Source of the DNA: Mobula hypostoma
Taxonomy: Eukaryota
Direction of reading: 5' to 3'
Length of the DNA stretch: 64,000 nucleotides
Assembly: GCF_963921235.1 (NCBI RefSeq)
Contig: NC_086102.1
Location: 39,246,001 to 39,310,000, forward strand
In this document: piece after piece, positions 26,713-38,426 of the stretch
How positions within the stretch are numbered: the stretch's first letter is position 1
Layout: each line of letters opens with the position of its first letter
The notes under the pieces: model-generated
Databases searched by the model: none
Told to the model about the DNA's origin: nothing
Seen by the model: the letters and a program-made list of their open reading frames with translations, nothing else
Translations under genes and position numbers: made by a program

Positions 26713-28179
26713 CTAAAAGAGAGAAAAATGAGAATTGGTGTAGAAAACCACACTGTTTTATTAATTAAAGACCTTGTACCAGCAAAATTAGATAGGCCTG
26801 TGTGATCAAAACTATTTCCTTAGGTGAACAACTGCCTGATTGGCCTTTTCAGTTGGTTAATTCCATTTAATGGGTCTTTCATGGTCCTAAGACCTCAGAT
26901 TTGCACATTAAGTTTAAAACTGCTTTTCAAATAATGCCACGGAAGATATGTGAAAGATAACTCACAAAAGCAAGTTTGAAATTCTGTGTGCTTAGTGTTG
27001 CCAATAATCATCTACAGACATAAGAGGCAGGTTGCAGTGGAGAGTATTGACCTCACTGATAAAGATTCTGGCAGTTTCTGTAAGTCACCACTGGGAGGAA
27101 CCCTCCAAATAGTTCAAACAGCATGCAGGCCCGACACAAGTTCAGACATGACTGTAACTTTAGGACTACCTGATGAAAGTAAAGTCACCATACAGCATTG
27201 TTTGTCAGCATATAATAGAATGTAATCTGTAGGTCCTTGATATGGCTGATATATGTACTCATTGAGTTTAAACCTCTGTACTTAATTTCATGTCCACAGA
27301 GCTCTACTGTTTGGGATTCCAAAGAAATTTCTTACCTCACTCTATATGAGTGACTGCTTCCTCCAAAACAAAGCTCCCCAGTAATGGAAACATACTCTCA
27401 GCTCCTTTGTCATTGAGGTTCTTCAGAATCAGTGATACTTCTGTAATTCTTACAAACTCCAGAAAATATGAACTTAATCTGTCTTCACTCATAACGTAAC
27501 TTCTCCATACCCAGAAACAATCTAGTAACCCACAGTGCCTCTAAGGCATGAGGAAACACTCACCATATCTACAACATTTTCCTTTTACAGTACACTAGGT
27601 ATGGTCTCATGCGAAATCATGCACACTTTTAGCAATGCACACAAAATGCTGGAGGAGCTTAGTAAGAAACTTCTCTATTTTGTATTTCATCTCACTTCCA
27701 AAAGAGATCAGAAATATCCTTATCAAAGTAAATACTGTAGATGCAGGAAATAGCAGATTGGGAAGCATGGAAAAAGGAAAAGTTAGCATTTCAATGACTT
27801 TCTTCATTCTAACTACACAACAGATGTTGAGTTTCAACAGCTCTATCATGTGAGTTTAATATCCTCTTCACTTATTATTCCCTATCTTCATCATCCCAAC
27901 AGACCTCCCCCTCCTATATTCTAAATTCTTTCCTCTGTTTCAATCATCTTCACCCACACCTCAGTGACTGCCAGCTTGATTTGATGAACTCCTTCACTAC
28001 TGCCTTTGGCTCCTTACCTATGGGTACATCCCAGTTCTTTTGCTTAGAGCCTCTTTGATCCACCCAGATCTCCCCCCACCCCCAGTCCTCTGCTGATTGC
28101 ATTTCTGGTGTAGACTGGTTTTTTTATGTCTGTCTGGAATGGGTTCCTCCTCCATGGAAAAAATGGGAAAACAAAATAC

Positions 28180-28266
28180 CCGCTTTGGTCCACTTCCGCC
28201 CTCTGCATCATGCTGTCGTTTGAACCTAAGGTCTGAATAGGCGTCCTGATTCTTCTTTTGCAAGCG
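28180..28266 (-). CDS. CD247: CD247 exon 4
   Basis: Acceptor ttttttacag, donor CGG|gtattt (weak); 87 nt, phase 0-0. RLQKKNQDAYSDLRFKRQHDAEGGSGPKR completes ITAM1, YERL-x7-YSDL. Confidence 0.9.
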
Positions 28267-29421
28267 CTGTAAAAAAATTCTTATATTATTCTTATTGTAA
28301 TTAACATAATATTTCACCAAAGTATGCAATGAAATACTAATAACATGCAATCCAATCTTTGAGAAAACCTGGGCAACACACACAGCAAGCCAGGCAGCAT
28401 CTATGGAAAAGAGTACCGTTGACCATTCTTCATCAGGGTGTGTGTTGCTTGGATTTCCAGCAACTGCAGATTTTATCTCCCTTGAGAAAATCCAGTGGTT
28501 CAATACTTGATTCATAGGCTTGTTTTCGTTAATCAATCTTATTTATTCGTTTTTATAATCTTAACCAGCAAAGCAATAAATAAAACATTAAAATATTGCA
28601 AGTACAAAGTAAATAATTGGATTTACCTTTTACCTTCTATTCAGAAATTCCCATTCATGTTGATATTCCAATCTTGCAATTAGATTGGCTGGTATAGGCT
28701 CACAGAGATGAATTCCCCAGTGTAACAATGGGCTCCTTTACTGGAATCCACATCTAGCAACTGAGTAGAGTGACAGGTGTGCTAATAGCTGTCATGTTTT
28801 GCAGCTATAACACCAGTCTTCACTGAGAATGGTCTGTTATTGACCCATCAGTTAAAAGAACAATGTGCATGCTGTCAAGGAGCAAGCCTAAGATAGAAAC
28901 AATTGCTAGAGGCAGCTAAACTTCAGCGTATTCTACAGTTCCTCCTACTGGTAATAATGAATTCAGAACCACTGGTCATAGTAGGCAGAATGTGGCAAGA
29001 GTGAGAGGGATGCAATATGGTACAGTACTGCATTTTAACAGAATCCATTCAAACTTATTGACAAGCTGAACTGAAGGATCCAGTATCGACATCAAAGAGA
29101 ACTTGTTGGTAAAATATGTATGTTGTCTTATTACAGAATTTTCTTGACTCCCTGTTAAAGTGAGCCAACACATTTTATTGCCATGCAAGCTCAAACTGCT
29201 GTTTTCTTGTACATATCACTTGTGCATGGTATCAATAACCCTGGAGCATGGATTTCTGCTCTAACCTGAAAATGGTTCCTGAGCTCAAAGCACATCCAGC
29301 TTTAAGATCTTCAATAGTGGGATTAAACAGTCTTTTCTGTGACACTGGACTGCAAATAAATCTTGTAACATAATAACCACCAAAATGCATCTAATATAGG
29401 AGAGTCTAAGTAGTTACATAC

Positions 29422-29490
29422 TTCATATGCGCTTTCCATATTTGGCTGGATCACAGGAGCATCCTCCAACTTGCCTTTTGCCTTGGTCAG
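29422..29490 (-). CDS. CD247: CD247 exon 3
   Basis: Acceptor ttttgtttttaaag, donor GAA|gtatgt; 69 nt, phase 0-0. LTKAKGKLEDAPVIQPNMESAYE supplies the first Tyr of ITAM1 (YE|RL). Confidence 0.88.
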
Positions 29491-30059
29491 CTTTAAAAAC
29501 AAAATGAAAATTGCTTGAATCTATCAGTCCTAATGCCTGAAATAAATATATTTACAATTTGGTTATAAATTATATTCATATTTCAAAGCTCAAGAAGGGA
29601 TCATACAGTATGGCCAAGTGAAATAGGAATTGATGTGAAAGGTGAGGGGAGTAATGAATTAAAAGTATTATACAGTATATGATTGCACAAAGTATAAGAA
29701 ATAAAGTAGATGAGCTTGAGACACAGTTGGAAATTGGCAAGTACGATGTTGTGGGGATAACAGAGACATGGCTTCAAGTGGACAGGGCCTGGGAAATGAA
29801 TATTCAAGGTATACATCCTATCAAAAGGACAGACTGATGGGCAGAGGGGGTGGGGTGGCTCTGTTGGTGAGGAATGATATTCAGTCCCTTGCGAGGGGGG
29901 GGACATAGAATCAGCAGATGTAGAGTCAGTATGGATAGAACTGAGTAATTCTAAGGGTAGAAAGACCCTAATAGGAGTTATCTACAAGCCCCCAAACAGT
30001 AGTCTGGATGTAGGGTGCAAGTTGAATCAAGAGTTAAAATTGGCATGTAGCAAAGGTAA

Positions 30060-32560
30060 CAGTTATAATGTAGCAGTTATAATGGGTGACTTCAATCTAC
30101 ATGTAGACTGGGTGAACCAAATTGGTAAAGGTGCTGAGGAAGAGGATTTCTTGGAATGTATGCGGGATGGTTTTTTGAACCAACATGTCGAGGAACCGAC
30201 TAGAGAGCAGGCTATTCTGGACTGGGTTTTGAGCAATGAGGAAGGGTTAATTAGCGATCTTGTCGTGAGAGGCCCCTTGGGTAAGAGTGACCATAATATG
30301 GTGGAATTCTTCATTAACATGGAGAGTGACGTAGTTAATTCAGAAACAAAGGTTCTGAACTTAAAGAGGGGTAACTTTGAAGGTATGAGACGTGAATTAG
30401 CTAAGATAGACTGGCAAATGACACTTCAAGGATTGACGGTGGATATGCAATGGCAGGCATTTAAAGGTTGCATGGATGAACTACAACAATTGTTCATCCC
30501 AGTTTGGCAAAAGAATAAATCAAGGAAGGTAGTGCACCCGTGGCTGACAAGAGAAATTAGGGATAGTATCAATTCCAAAGAAGTAGCATACAAATTAGCC
30601 AGAGAAAGTGGCTCACCTGAGGACTGGGAGAAATTCAGAGTTCAGCAGAGGAGGACAAAGGGCTTAATTAGGAAGGGGAAAAAAGATTATGAGAGAAAAC
30701 TGGCAGAGAACATAAAAACGGACTGTAAAAGCTTTTATAGATATGTAAAAAGGAAAAGACTGATAAAGACAAATGTAGGTCCCCTGCAAACAGAAACAGG
30801 TGAATTGATTATGGGGAGCAAGGACATGGCAGACCAATTACTTTGGTTCTGTCTTCACTAAGGAGGACATAAATAATCTTCCAGAAGTAGTAAGGGACAG
30901 AGGGTCCAGTGAGATGGAGGAACTGAGTGAAATACATGTTAGTAGGGAAGTGGTGTTAGGTAAATTGAAGGGATTGAAGGCAGATAAATCCCCAGGGCCA
31001 GATGGTCTGCATCCCAGAGTGCTTAAGGAAGTGGCCCAAGAAATAGTGGATGCATTAGTGATAATTTTTCAAAACTCGTTAGATTCTGGACTAGTTCCTG
31101 AGGATTGGAGGGTGGCTAATGTAACCCCACTTTTTAAAAAAGGAGGGAGAGAGAAACCGGGGAATTATAGGCCGGTTAGCCTAACGTCGGTGGTGGGGAA
31201 ACTGCTGGAGTCAGTTATCAAGGATGTGATAACAGCACATTTGGAAAGCGGTGAAATGATCGGACAAAGTCAGCATGGATTTGTGAAAGGAAAATCATGT
31301 CTGACGAATCTCATAGAATTTTTTGAGGATGTAACTAGTAGAGTGGATAGGGGAGAACCAGTGGATGTGGTATATTTGGATTTTCAAAAGGCTTTTGACA
31401 AGGTCCCACACAGGAGATTAGTGTGCAAACTTAAAGCACACGGTATTGGGGGTAAGGTATTGGTGTGGGTGGAGAATTGGTTAGCAGACAGGAAGCAAAG
31501 AGTGGGAATAAACGGGACCTTTTCAGAATGGCAGGCGGTGACTAGTGGGGTACCGCAAGGCTCAGTGCTGGGACCCCAGTTGTTTACAATATATATTAAT
31601 GACTTGGATGAGGGAATTAAATGCAGCATCTCCAAGTTTGCGGATGACACGAAGCTGGGTGGCAGTGTTAGCAGTGAGGAGGATGCTAAGAGGATGCAGG
31701 GTGACTTGGATAGGTTGGGTGAGTGGGCAAACTCATGGCAGATGCAATTTAATGTGGATAAATGTGAAGTTATCCACTTTGGTGGCAAAAATAGGAAAAC
31801 AGATTATTATCTGAATGGTGGCCGATTAGGAAAAGGGGAGGTGCAACGAGACCTGGGTGTCATTATACACCAGTCATTGAAAGTGGGCATGCAGGTACAG
31901 CAGGCGGTGAAAAAGGCGAACGGTATGCTGGCATTTATAGCGAGAGGATTCGAGTACAGGAGCAGGGAGGTACTACTGCAGTTGTACAAGGCCTTGGTGA
32001 GACCACACCTGGAGTATTGTGTGCAGTTTTGGTCCCCTAATCTGAGGAAAGACATCTTTGCCATAGAGGGAGTACAAAGAAGGTTCACCAGATTGATTCC
32101 TGGGATGGCAGGTCTTTCATATGAAGAAAGACTGGATGAACTGGGCTTGTACTCGTTGGAATTTAGAAGATTGAGGGGGGATCTGATTGAAACGTATAAG
32201 ATCCTAAAGGGATTGGACAGGCTAGATGCGGGAAGATTGTTCCCGATGTTGGGGAGGTCTGGAACGAGGGGTCACAGTTTGAGGATAGAGGGGAAGCCTT
32301 TTAGGACCGAGGTTAGGAAAAACTTCTTCACACAGAGAGTAGTGAATCTGTGGAATTCTCTGCCACAGCAAACTGTTGAGGCCAGTTCATTAGCTATGTT
32401 TAAAAGGAAGTTAGATATGGCCCTTGTGGCTACAGGGGTCAGGGGGTATGGAGGGAAGGCTGGGTTCTGAGTTGGATGATCAGCCATGATCATAATAAAT
32501 GGCGGTGCAGGCTCGAAGGGCCGAATGGCCTACTCCTGCACCTATTTTCTATGTTTCTAT
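30060..32560 (+). mobile_element. Young 5'-truncated CR1 LINE family B nested in the family A copy
   Basis: Distinct sequence (MGDFNLHVDWVNQIGKG); tail (TTTCTATG)2; GTAA duplicated at 30056-30059 and 32561-32564; one frameshift near 30840. Confidence 0.92.
30914..32470 (+). CDS. CR1 ORF2 reverse transcriptase domain (518 aa, uninterrupted)
   Basis: [54 protein letters not shown] and LEYCVQFWSP, all in one frame. Confidence 0.95.
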   Translation: MEELSEIHVSREVVLGKLKGLKADKSPGPDGLHPRVLKEVAQEIVDALVIIFQNSLDSGLVPEDWRVANVTPLFKKGGREKPGNYRPVSLTSVVGKLLESVIKDVITAHLESGEMIGQSQHGFVKGKSCLTNLIEFFEDVTSRVDRGEPVDVVYLDFQKAFDKVPHRRLVCKLKAHGIGGKVLVWVENWLADRKQRVGINGTFSEWQAVTSGVPQGSVLGPQLFTIYINDLDEGIKCSISKFADDTKLGGSVSSEEDAKRMQGDLDRLGEWANSWQMQFNVDKCEVIHFGGKNRKTDYYLNGGRLGKGEVQRDLGVIIHQSLKVGMQVQQAVKKANGMLAFIARGFEYRSREVLLQLYKALVRPHLEYCVQFWSPNLRKDIFAIEGVQRRFTRLIPGMAGLSYEERLDELGLYSLEFRRLRGDLIETYKILKGLDRLDAGRLFPMLGRSGTRGHSLRIEGKPFRTEVRKNFFTQRVVNLWNSLPQQTVEASSLAMFKRKLDMALVATGVRGYGGKAGF

Positions 32561-35500
32561 GTAATGCTACAGTTGTTATGGGGGATTTCAACATGCAGGT
32601 AGACTGGAGGAATCAGGTTGGTACTGGACCCCAAGAAAGGGAGTTTGTGGAGCCCCTCCGAGATGGATTCTTAGAACAGCTTGTACTGGAGCCTACCAGA
32701 GAGAAGCAAATTCTAGATTTAATGTTGTGCAATGAACCGGATTTGATCAGGGACCTCAAGGTAAAGGAGCCATTAGGAGGTAGTGACCATAATATGATAA
32801 GTTTTAATCTACAAATTGAGAGGGGGAAGGGAAAATTGGAAGTGTCAGTATTACATTTGAACAAAGGGAACTATGGTGCTATGAGGGGGGAGCTGGCCAA
32901 AGTTCAATGGAACAATATGCTAGCAGGGATGACAGTGGAACAGCAATAGCAAGTGTTTCTGGGAATAATGCAGAAAGTGCAGGATCAGTTCATTCCAAAG
33001 AGGAAGAAAGATCCTAAGGGGAGGCCATGGCTGACAAGGGAAGTAAAGGACAGTATAAAAATAAAAGAGAAGTATAACATAGCAAAGATGAGCGGGAAGC
33101 CGAAGGATTGGGAAACTTTTAAAGAGCAACAGAAGATAACTAAAAAGGCAATACGTGGAGAAAAAAGGAGGTACGAAGGTAAACTAGCCAAGAATATAAA
33201 GGAGGATAGTAAAAGCTTCTTTAGGTATGTGAAAAGGAAAAAAATAGTTAAGACTAAAATTGGGCCCTTGAAGACAGAAATGGGTGAAATTATTATGGGG
33301 AACAAGGAAGTAGCAGACGAGTTGAACAGGTACTTTGGATCTGTCTTCACTAGGGAAGACACAAACATTCTCCCAGATATAATAGTGGCCAAAGGACCTA
33401 GGGTAATGGATGAACTGAAGGATTTATATTAGGCAGAAAATGGTGTTGGATAGACTGTTGGGTCTGAAGGCTGATAAGTCCCCGGGACCTGATGGTCTGC
33501 ATCCCAGGGTACTTAAGGAGGTGGCTTTAGAAATCATGGATGCATTGGTAATCATTTTCCAATGTTCTATAGATTCAGGATCAGTTCCTGTAGATTGGAG
33601 GGTGGCTAATGTTGTCCCAGTTTTCAAAAAAGGAGGGGGAGAGAAAACAGGGAATTATAGACCGGTTAGCCTGACATCAGTGGTGGGAAAGATGCTGGAG
33701 TCAATTATGAAAGATGAAATTACAACACATTTGGATAGCAGTAACGGGATCGGTCTGAGTCAGCATGGATTTACGAAGGGGAAGTCATGCTTGACTAATC
33801 TTCTGGAATTTTTTGAGGATGTAACTATGAAAATGGACAAGGGAGAGCCAGTGGATGTAGTGTACCTGGACTTTCAGAAAGCCTTTGATAAAGTCCCACA
33901 TAGCAGACTAGTGGGCAAAATTAGGGCACATGGTGTTGGGGGCAGAGCACTGACATGGATTGAAAATTGGCTGGCTGACAGGAAACAAAGAGTAGTGATT
34001 AACAGGTCCCAGTGGGGTACCGCAGTGTTCAGAGCTGGGACCACAGCTGTTTACAACATACATTAATGATTTGGATGAAGGGATTAAAAGTAACATTAGC
34101 AAATTTTCAGATGACACAAAGCTGGATGGCAGTGTGAAATGTGAGGAGAATGCAGCGTGACTTGGACAGGCTGGGTGAGTGGACGGATGCATGGCAGATG
34201 CAGTTTAATGTGGATAAATGTGAGGTTATCCACTTTGGTGGTAAGAACAGGAAGGCAGATTATTATCTAAGTGGAGTCAAGTTAGGAAAAGGGGAAGTAC
34301 AACAAGATCTAAGTGTTCTTGTACATCAGTCACTGAAAGCAAGCATGCAGGTACAGCAGGCAGTGAAGAAAGCTAATGGCATGCTGGCCTTCATAACAAG
34401 GGGAATTGAGTATAGGAGAAAAGAGGTCCTTCTGCAGCTGTACAGGGCCCTGGTGAGACCACACCTGGAGTACTGTGTGCAGTTTTGGTCTCCAAATTTG
34501 AGGAAGGACATTCTTGCTATTGAGGGAGTGCAGTGTAGGTTCACAAGGTTAATTCCCGGGATGGCGGGACTGTCATATGTTGAAAGATTGGAGCGACTGG
34601 GCTTGTATACTCTGGAATTTAGAAGGATGAGAGGGGATCTGATTGAAACATATAAGATTATTAAGGAATTGGACACGCTGGAGGCAGGAAGCATGTTCCC
34701 ACTGATAGGTGAGTCCAGAACCAGAGGCCACAGTTTAAGAATAAGGGGTAGGCCATTTAGAATGGAGTTGAGGAAAAACTTTTTCACCCAGAGAGTGGTG
34801 GATATATGGAATGCTCTGCCCCAGAAGGCAGTGGAAGCCAAGTCTCTGGATGCTTTCAAGAAAGAGATGGATAGAGCTCTTAAAGATAGTGGAATCAAAG
34901 GTTATGGGGATAAGGCAGGAACTGGATACTGATTGTGGATGATCAGCCATGATCACAGTGAATGGCGGTGCTGGCTCAAAGGGCCAAATGGCCTACTCCT
35001 GCACCTATTGTCTAGAACAGAAAGATTTTCTTACTACAAATCTGGCTGAAATTTTTATAATCAAATCACGGTTTGGAGATTTTGCATTTTTGAATTAACA
35101 ATCTTGGCTAAATTGTTGAAGGAAACTGCCACTTGTACATTTCCAAAAGATAGTGCCTGGAGAATTTCAATTAGATTACTAGAGGTACTCTAATTTATAT
35201 GCTGAGTTCATGTTCATATGGTGTTAAAATGATAACAAAATAACCAAACGATTTGTGTGAATGTTTTTCACAAAATATCATGCACTAACAAAAAAAGTAA
35301 CCAGTGATGTTAAAAAGTTATCTCCAAACATTGATTTATCTTGAATAAGTCCTATAACAGAAATTGCAAGTAAGGGAAATTATATGGGGCTAAGGACTAA
35401 TTATTTAAATTTACACTCCAGCATGCTCTCTCTCCTGAGATTTGCATAACCCCACTTCCATTCTTCATTACACCCTCTTGTCTACATCATTCCCACGCAT

Positions 35501-35970
35501 TGTTCATCCACCCACCAACCAAACTTGTACTACACTCCTCATTCCCCCTTTTCTAGTCTCCTCTTTCTTAATACATGCTCTGTCCCCACCCCAACAATGC
35601 CTCACTCCAGAACCAAATGTTCATCACCAAGGTCTGTGTACAATAGGGGCTCACTGAAATTTCCTGTACTAAAAGTTAGAGTTGTTTGTCCAATGACACC
35701 TGTTGTCAGTAGGACTTGGTTAATCTGTACAGGTGGTGGATGTTAGTGAGGAATTTTAGTCAAGGATTGTGGTGTTATATGAGTGAGGAACTTGCCCCAA
35801 ATCTCTGCCTCTCCAGAATGATACTTGCAGCCCACTTTGGGTTGATACCTATAATATAAAACCCTACTTTATCCAAAATTTTGGAAGGAACGCAATGCCA
35901 TTGGAGTGCCTCCAACCTCTTTCTGTGTGGGTCTTTGGAAGCTGACATATCATATATTTAAATAACTTAC

Positions 35971-36074
35971 CCTTAGTTTAAGGTAGAGAGCAGTGATTAT
36001 GATTCCATACACAAAGAGAACTCCATCAAGAATGTAACATAGCTTAGGGTCATTCAGGGTCATACTGTCAGCAT
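35971..36074 (-). CDS. CD247: CD3 zeta (CD247) exon 2: short ectodomain and transmembrane helix
   Basis: Acceptor ttttaatttgatag, donor AGG|gtaagt; 104 nt, phase 1 to 0, the same size as human exon 2. Translation (D)ADSMTLNDPKLCYILDGVLFVYGIIITALYLKLR aligns with human [35 protein letters not shown], keeping the dimer Cys, the TM Asp and the Tyr/Thr pair. Confidence 0.97.
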
Positions 36075-37460
36075 CTATCAAATTAAAAACAAAAAAGGCT
36101 GATCAACCACTTTTCTAATCAATATGTAATGTTCCAATAATGATTCTTCTGTACACAGTCAATAGTTTTCAACAGGTAACCATAATTGCATTTCCTTTCA
36201 ATACTGAAAGCTGATTGGTGAATGTGATGATTATATTAATAATATTTGGTTCAACACCTGGTTTGATCAGTTGATCATGGTAAAATTGGTGATTGCTAAG
36301 CCAGATATAATCTTGGAAAATTTAAAACAGATTACATTTTGCATTTTTCAAAAAGGGTCAGGAGCAAAAAGTATTCTGGGATATTAAAGTGCTTTTCATC
36401 ATACTGCTGTACTTCCTGGCCTGTTGAATTAACTGGTCTTTCCTATCGTGTGTGCACCCATATGCTGTAATGTCTGATATTGCTCCAATTAGCCTTTATG
36501 TTGTGGGTACACTCATTTATACAATTGTTGTCACCAAAAAACTACACCATGTAAAATGTTTGTCACAGTTTACAAAATTAAGCTCCAAAATAACTGAGAC
36601 AGTATTCTTTACTGTAACAATATGATAGGTTACCACATTGTTCTGTTGTTCCTCCAAGTCACCTGAATATTTCAAATTTAAAATTCTCTTGATCTTGCCC
36701 AGGGCTAAATTAGAACTCTCTCATTCTTCATCTACCTTTCTGCAATGATCGTTGGCAGTCATGCTACGCTATCCTCCGGAATACACCCATTGAACATTTA
36801 TTCACTTTTTCCTCTCTTCCTTTAACTTGCTCCTTAAAACCCACCACACCGATTTAAAAAAAAGATTTGATGACCTTTCTAATATCAAGTTCTTTTGCTT
36901 CATGTCCGTTCTGATTGTTTTGCTATGAAGTGGTGGATATTTTACTTTTGGTGTTTGGCAAAGTTATCTGATTTCGTCATGTAGATATTATCCAGTTTTA
37001 GAAATAATTGGTCAATTTCAAAACTGCACAAGTCAAACTGTTTCAGAGAAATTATTCCATCCATTGAAGATTGAAATTGAGAAATCTCTATCTACCTAAG
37101 AGGCTGGCAGTGAGCCAGAAACTTATGCTGAAGACTGTTTTCTCCAGGGGCCCACGGCTTCTACTAGTGCTCATGTGGTCTCAAAAGATCAGAGCACAAA
37201 ATGTAGGCTAATGCGAGAAGTGCCGTTGAGAGAAGGCTGCACTTTATAAGGGCCATCCTTCAGATGATATATCAAATGAAGCCCAAGCTGTTAACAGAGT
37301 TGGAGAAAGAATTAGGTAAACACTATTTTATAGAATTAACTATTGTGCCCCAATGAATATTTAACTCAATCAAAGTTACTGAATAAACAGATATTCTGAC
37401 GACTATCACGTTGCTTTTTGTAGAAACCTATTCCCAGAAACTGGGAGTCCTGATTCCTTG

Positions 37461-37687
37461 CAACCCACGCAGAATGCTGGGAGAAACTCAACAGGTCAGG
37501 CAGCATATATGGAAGAGAGTACAGTCGATGTTTCAGGCCGAGAGCCTTCATCAGGACTCATGAAAGATCTGGGCCCAAAACGTCGATGGTACTCTCTTCC
37601 ATAGATGCTGCCTGGCCTGCTGAGCTCCTCCAGCATTCTGTGTGTGTTGGTTAGATTTCCAGCATCTACAGATTTTCTCTTGTTTGT
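37461..37687. mobile_element. Palindromic non-autonomous Penelope terminal-repeat element with two decayed hammerhead motifs
   Basis: Left arm 37461-37558 is the reverse complement of the right arm starting about 37558; both match the repeat at 44923-45030 and 45841-45951. Confidence 0.8.
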
Positions 37688-37839
37688 CCGGATTCCTTCA
37701 TTACTTCACTGACCGTGGTTCAAGGAGTATTTCGTTAGCTATGAAGTTTTGGCAATATTCAGAAAGGAAATGCTAATTCTTTCTCCAACTCTGTGATATA
37801 TTTGGCAATTCAAACCATCACTTTTAGAAACTAGGTGTG

Positions 37840-38106
37840 TTTATTATTTTATTAATTTATCTATTTAGAGATACAGCAGTAACAAGCCCTTCCTGCCCAA
37901 CAAAACTGCCACTGCCCAATTACACCCATGTGACCAATTGGCCTACTAACCCATGCGTCTTTGGAATATGGGACGAAACTGGAGCACCTGGTGGAAACCC
38001 ATGTGATCACGGGGTGAACGTACACACTCCTTGTAGATAGTGGTGGGAATTGAAACCAGGTCACTGGCACTATAAAGCGTTACACTAACCGCTACGTTAC
38101 TGTGCT
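37840..38106 (-). mobile_element. tRNA-derived V-SINE (HE1-like)
   Basis: Minus strand starts cacagtaacgtagcggttag (A box), has a ggtttcaattcc B-box remnant, a V-domain-like gggtttccaccaggtgctccagtttcgtccca and an A-rich tail. Confidence 0.8.
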
Positions 38107-38426
38107 GCACCCACAATGTGATGATACTCTACTTGATCCAATGAGTTAATTTGTCCAGTAAGGGAAGAGCCACAGGGTACAGCAGAACAGCACCTCCCGA
38201 TCCCTTAAAACAGGCACAGATCTGACCGAGGATATAAAGCACTGACTACTCCTGTAATGAAGTGCAGTGACCTCTGGGTTGATCCTGCTAGCTCTGTGCT
38301 TGCCAGTGTTAATGGGAAATAACATTATACCAAAGCTATTGTGAAATTATAATCAAGAATGGGACATCGTAAAGTGCCTGTCCTACTGTACTGTAAAGAC
38401 TTCTGTAAGTGGCCAACAGTCTTTCC

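Larger units (their letters stand above)
29590..35013 (+). mobile_element. CR1 LINE family A, host element (29590-30059 plus 32561-35013) in CD247 intron 2
   Basis: Endonuclease start (RNKVDELE, GITETWL); resumes at 32561 with ATVVMGDFNMQVDW; ORFs 32476..32949, 32953..33432, 33440..34066 and 34141..34932; the same TATTGTC tail as the 19991 copy. Confidence 0.92.

Noticed and set aside
20355-34956. Many ORFs antisense to CR1 ORF2 (e.g. 21480..21851, 31384..31788, 34326..34898)
   Set aside because: Shadow frames of LINE coding sequence, not independent genes.
35628-35668. 41-nt exon-like segment containing LYTDL in intron 2
   Set aside because: Frame is incompatible with the phase-0 junction after exon 2; the in-phase reading hits TGA.
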